Below are positions 60,781 to 64,000 of a stretch of 64,000 bases of DNA, one piece after another. Every line of letters starts with the position of its first letter. Within the stretch, counting starts at the first letter, position 1. Origin of the DNA: Terriglobia bacterium (GTDB taxonomy: Bacteria > Acidobacteriota > Terriglobia > 20CM-2-55-15). The stretch spans positions 832,001 through 896,000 of the forward strand of contig CAXWPJ010000009.1 in assembly GCA_963664115.2 (NCBI GenBank), given 5' to 3'. The notes under the pieces are model-generated. The model made no database searches and had not been told where the DNA came from. It saw only the letters and a list, made by a program, of their open reading frames with translations. The position numbers and the translations under genes were made by a program.

Positions 60781-63561
60781 GCACAGGCGTACTCAGCCGC
60801 AGGAAGAGTCCACGATACTCGGCTTGCGTTACCTCGAAGTGACGACGACCATCGTCCGACTCGGGATTCTATGCGCGGATTATTTGCCATAAGAGGCAGC
60901 ATCCTTTTGGACCTTTGCGAATATGGCCGCGCATTCAAAGTCTTACAAAGGGAAAAGCAACAGGACGCGTATTCGGCATCTGCCTTTAACAACATGGCAA
61001 TTTGCCTTGAACACCTCGGAGATCTTGTAGGGGCGTGTCGCTACGAAAACCAGGCACTGACTCTCGCACGCCAACTGGGTCTGTTGTTCGGGGAAATTCT
61101 TTCCCTCGCGAACGTTGGTGCTTTCGAGACAAAAAAAGGCGATCTGCGTAAAGCTAATTCCTTTTTCCAGGAAGCTGATCGATTTTGCAACGCCTTGCGA
61201 ATTTATCGCGGCGGCAACAGAACAAACCACCCTCTGCTTGCGGCGGATCAGGCTATTCTGCAAACAATACTGGGTGAATATGTCGCAGCTCAACGGCACG
61301 TAAGATCATCCCTCAAGAGACTTAAATCGGACTCAACGAGTCAGAATGCGATCTGGATCGCTCTCAAAGTGGCCGAGTTTTATTGCCGGTTAGGCGAAAC
61401 CACTAAAGCCCGCAAGGCCCTGAACCGGGTTCGAGACAGCGAGCTTTATCAGACGGAATTTTTCAAGGTAGAGCACGTGTTGGCAATGTGCCAGATTGGA
61501 GACACACCCAGTTCAGGTAGTCTCAGCAATCTTGATGCGGCTCTGGAGATAACGCAAAAACTGGGCACCCTTTATCAAAAGTGTCGCGTTTTGATCGAGT
61601 TGGCGGCCGCGCACATCGCGACAAAGCAATTCAGAAAAGCGCGAGCCTACCTTATTGAGGCACAAAAACTCGCGAACGAACGCCACTACGGCATCCTGCG
61701 TCCCCGCGTAGCCCTCCTTCGAGCGTTCGCGACAGAACGCGCAAAGAGCAGGGAACATTACTTGGACAATGCATATCGACTGGCATCCGAACTCCCGTTT
61801 CCGGAACTTGTTGCCGAGTCTTCTTTCCACCTGGCGGGCCATCATCTGGGAACGGGCGACCTGACCAAGGCGCGCGAGTACGTCTCGACTAGCGTCCGTA
61901 CTATAGACACTTTGACTGCCCAGGTCCCGACAGGCTCGAGGAAGCGTTACCTGAAGTTGAAATGGCGTGTTGAAGCACGGGCGATGCTTGCGGAAATCAA
62001 CAACCAGCTTCAGCAAACTGACGCTGAGAGGACTAAAACCACTATGACCCCACCAGTCGGTCCGTCGAACAAGACCTTATACACCACCACCATGGCGGTT
62101 GCGACCGCAAAGGACTCCAATGCTTTGGCTGACATAGTCAGCACAATGCTCTCCCGGGCCCTGAAATGCAGGGTTGTAGTTTGTCTTACCGTTAACGAGG
62201 TTGTGGAATTTCACGCTACAAGGGTTTCGGTCGACGAAGCTCTGAGCCGGAAAATATCGAAACTCTGTGATAGAGAACGTGAGCAACCTTACTACGGCAC
62301 CGAATTCTCAGACGGTGAGCAAACTTCCACTTCTGTCAGAACGACGGCATGGGTGCCGCTGACTGCTCGAAACAATCGATTTGGCGGGATCTATATAGAC
62401 CTGGGCTCCCGACGTTTTTTGGAAGCCGAGATGGAGTTCCTCACCACGATTGGAGTAGTCGCATCTCACGTTTTAGCGACCATTCTATGGTCGTCGATCA
62501 AGTCCGAACGTCCTGACAGGAAATTGGTGTTCGAAAACATCATCGGACGATCCCAAGGAATCCAGGAAGTGTGTTCCCAGATCGGAATGGCAGCCACGAG
62601 CAATGCCACGGTACTCATCGAAGGAGAGAGTGGGACTGGAAAGGAACTTGTCGCACGCGCAATTCATAAAAACAGCAGTCGTTCACAGGCACCTCTAATA
62701 ACAGTAGATTGCGGCGCTATCCCCGACACACTGATCGAAAGTGAACTGTTTGGAAGCCGGCGTGGTTCGTTTACTGGCGCTACAACTGACCGAACCGGAT
62801 TGATCGAAGCCGCACACAAAGGGTCTCTTTTTCTCGACGAAATTTCAAACACCAGTCCAAGTCTTCAAATCCGCCTGTTACGGGTGCTCCAGGAAAAAGA
62901 AGTCCGTCGGATAGGTGATGCAAAAGGCCGGGCCGTTGACGTGCGGTTGATAGCAGCGACCAACTCGAACCTGGAATTGTTGGTCGAAAATGGTCAGTTT
63001 CGTCAGGATCTCTTTTACCGACTAAACGTATTGCATATCACCATACCACCCCTCCGAAAACGCAAGGAAGACATTCCTGACATAGCGCAATCGTTACTGG
63101 AACGATTGAACGAAGCCAACAAAACACGGAAGCGATTTAGCACTGCAGCACTGGAACAGCTTACGACAGGGCACTATCGTGGAAACGTCCGCGAGCTTCA
63201 GAATATGGTTGAACGTGCCTACTTGCTTGCTGCGGAGAGCAACACAATCAAGCAGGTGGCAGTGAATTCCGCTAGTGCGGAGCAAAAGCCAGACGAAGTT
63301 CGTCGTTGGTTTAAGGATTTACGGGAAGGGCGGACAGATTTCTGGTCTGCCGTCCACGGTCGGTATAAGAAACGCGACATATCGCGGGAGAAAGTAATTG
63401 CGCTGATGGATCTGGGACTCCGCGAAACTCGCGGGTCCTACATATCCGTCGCCAGGCTTTTTCACCTGGAGGAAAATGAATACAGACGTTTCATGGATTT
63501 TCTCAGGCGAAACCACTGCAAGCCGGACTTCCGGCCTTACCGGCGGTTGCGTCTCGAGTAG
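60781..63561 (+). CDS. TPR + GAF-like + sigma-54 AAA+ activator, 5'-truncated by IS630
   Basis: The frame is open back to the IS end. TPR-like helices, [27 protein letters not shown], atypical C-terminal HTH. Confidence 0.85.
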   Translation, partial: AQAYSAAGRVHDTRLALPRSDDDHRPTRDSMRGLFAIRGSILLDLCEYGRAFKVLQREKQQDAYSASAFNNMAICLEHLGDLVGACRYENQALTLARQLGLLFGEILSLANVGAFETKKGDLRKANSFFQEADRFCNALRIYRGGNRTNHPLLAADQAILQTILGEYVAAQRHVRSSLKRLKSDSTSQNAIWIALKVAEFYCRLGETTKARKALNRVRDSELYQTEFFKVEHVLAMCQIGDTPSSGSLSNLDAALEITQKLGTLYQKCRVLIELAAAHIATKQFRKARAYLIEAQKLANERHYGILRPRVALLRAFATERAKSREHYLDNAYRLASELPFPELVAESSFHLAGHHLGTGDLTKAREYVSTSVRTIDTLTAQVPTGSRKRYLKLKWRVEARAMLAEINNQLQQTDAERTKTTMTPPVGPSNKTLYTTTMAVATAKDSNALADIVSTMLSRALKCRVVVCLTVNEVVEFHATRVSVDEALSRKISKLCDREREQPYYGTEFSDGEQTSTSVRTTAWVPLTARNNRFGGIYIDLGSRRFLEAEMEFLTTIGVVASHVLATILWSSIKSERPDRKLVFENIIGRSQGIQEVCSQIGMAATSNATVLIEGESGTGKELVARAIHKNSSRSQAPLITVDCGAIPDTLIESELFGSRRGSFTGATTDRTGLIEAAHKGSLFLDEISNTSPSLQIRLLRVLQEKEVRRIGDAKGRAVDVRLIAATNSNLELLVENGQFRQDLFYRLNVLHITIPPLRKRKEDIPDIAQSLLERLNEANKTRKRFSTAALEQLTTGHYRGNVRELQNMVERAYLLAAESNTIKQVAVNSASAEQKPDEVRRWFKDLREGRTDFWSAVHGRYKKRDISREKVIALMDLGLRETRGSYISVARLFHLEENEYRRFMDFLRRNHCKPDFRPYRRLRLE

Positions 63562-63666
63562 AGCGCGCCTCTCAGCCGGCATATGGACGTATACCGGAAA
63601 ACCGGACATCATTGACGAATCCTCGTGTCCGGCCGCCCACCTTAAACCCCATGCTACTATCCCCTC

Positions 63667-64000
63667 ATGCCGCCCCTCGTCCGACTTTCCTCTGTTCGAA
63701 AGGTATATGACGCGGATGGGGAGCCTGTCGTCGCGTTGAGAAATGTGTCTTTGTCGGTCGATGCGGGTGAGTTCCTCGCTCTGATGGGACCGAGCGGGTG
63801 CGGCAAATCGACGCTGCTTCACATTATCGGTGCGATGGATCGGCCTACGGAAGGTGAGGCCTGGATCGAAGACATGCCGATCCATCAATTGCCTGAAGAA
63901 GATCTGACACTCGTCCGGAGAAATCGGGTTGGGTTCGTCTTCCAGTTTTTCCATCTCCTGCCGACGATGACCGTGGAAGAAAACGTCGCGTTGCCCCTGT
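63667..64000 (+). CDS. ABC transporter ATP-binding protein (LolD/MacB-like), partial
   Basis: ALRNVSL, GPSGCGKSTLL, VGFVFQFFHL. Runs off the window end. Confidence 0.92.
   Translation, partial: MPPLVRLSSVRKVYDADGEPVVALRNVSLSVDAGEFLALMGPSGCGKSTLLHIIGAMDRPTEGEAWIEDMPIHQLPEEDLTLVRRNRVGFVFQFFHLLPTMTVEENVALPL

Overview
GC-rich bacterial chromosome segment, probably Acidobacteriota (inferred from the acidobacterial-type PadR and the style of the sigma-54 activators). About 0.1-40.2 kb is mostly intact housekeeping DNA: fbp, lpxD, hemY-hemH-hemE, pdxJ, tyrS, purN/M/F/L/Q/S/B, rlmN, an RhlE-like helicase, dprA-topA-trmFO-xerC, rplU-rpmA-obgE-nadD-rsfS-rlmH, lpxC and polA. Palindromic REP-like elements and two copies of a ~170-bp repeat with three GGA-loop hairpins lie between these genes. 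From ~40.2 kb the window is accessory. (1) A toxin-antitoxin (TA) array near tRNA-Val(GAC) holds about nine modules. Most toxins are broken by independent lesions while the antitoxins and operators stay intact. The cassettes are separated by displaced copies of local gene ends (the tRNA 3' half and three copies of a sigma-54 activator 3' end), which suggests repeated integration with no integrase in view. (2) A PadR / membrane protein / sigma-54 activator unit is divergent from a helical protein, a holin-like gene and an L,D-peptidase-like gene. (3) A candidate defence locus contains a multi-TM protein, a nucleoside deoxyribosyltransferase, a phosphorothioation-associated methyltransferase hit by IS3, and a DUF4007/SspB-like gene cut by IS630. 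(4) The IS630 carries a 59-bp foreign insert and is followed by a 5'-truncated TPR-GAF-sigma-54 activator and a partial ABC ATPase. A second IS630 end sits at the window start. All family assignments come from motif recognition by eye, not from database searches.
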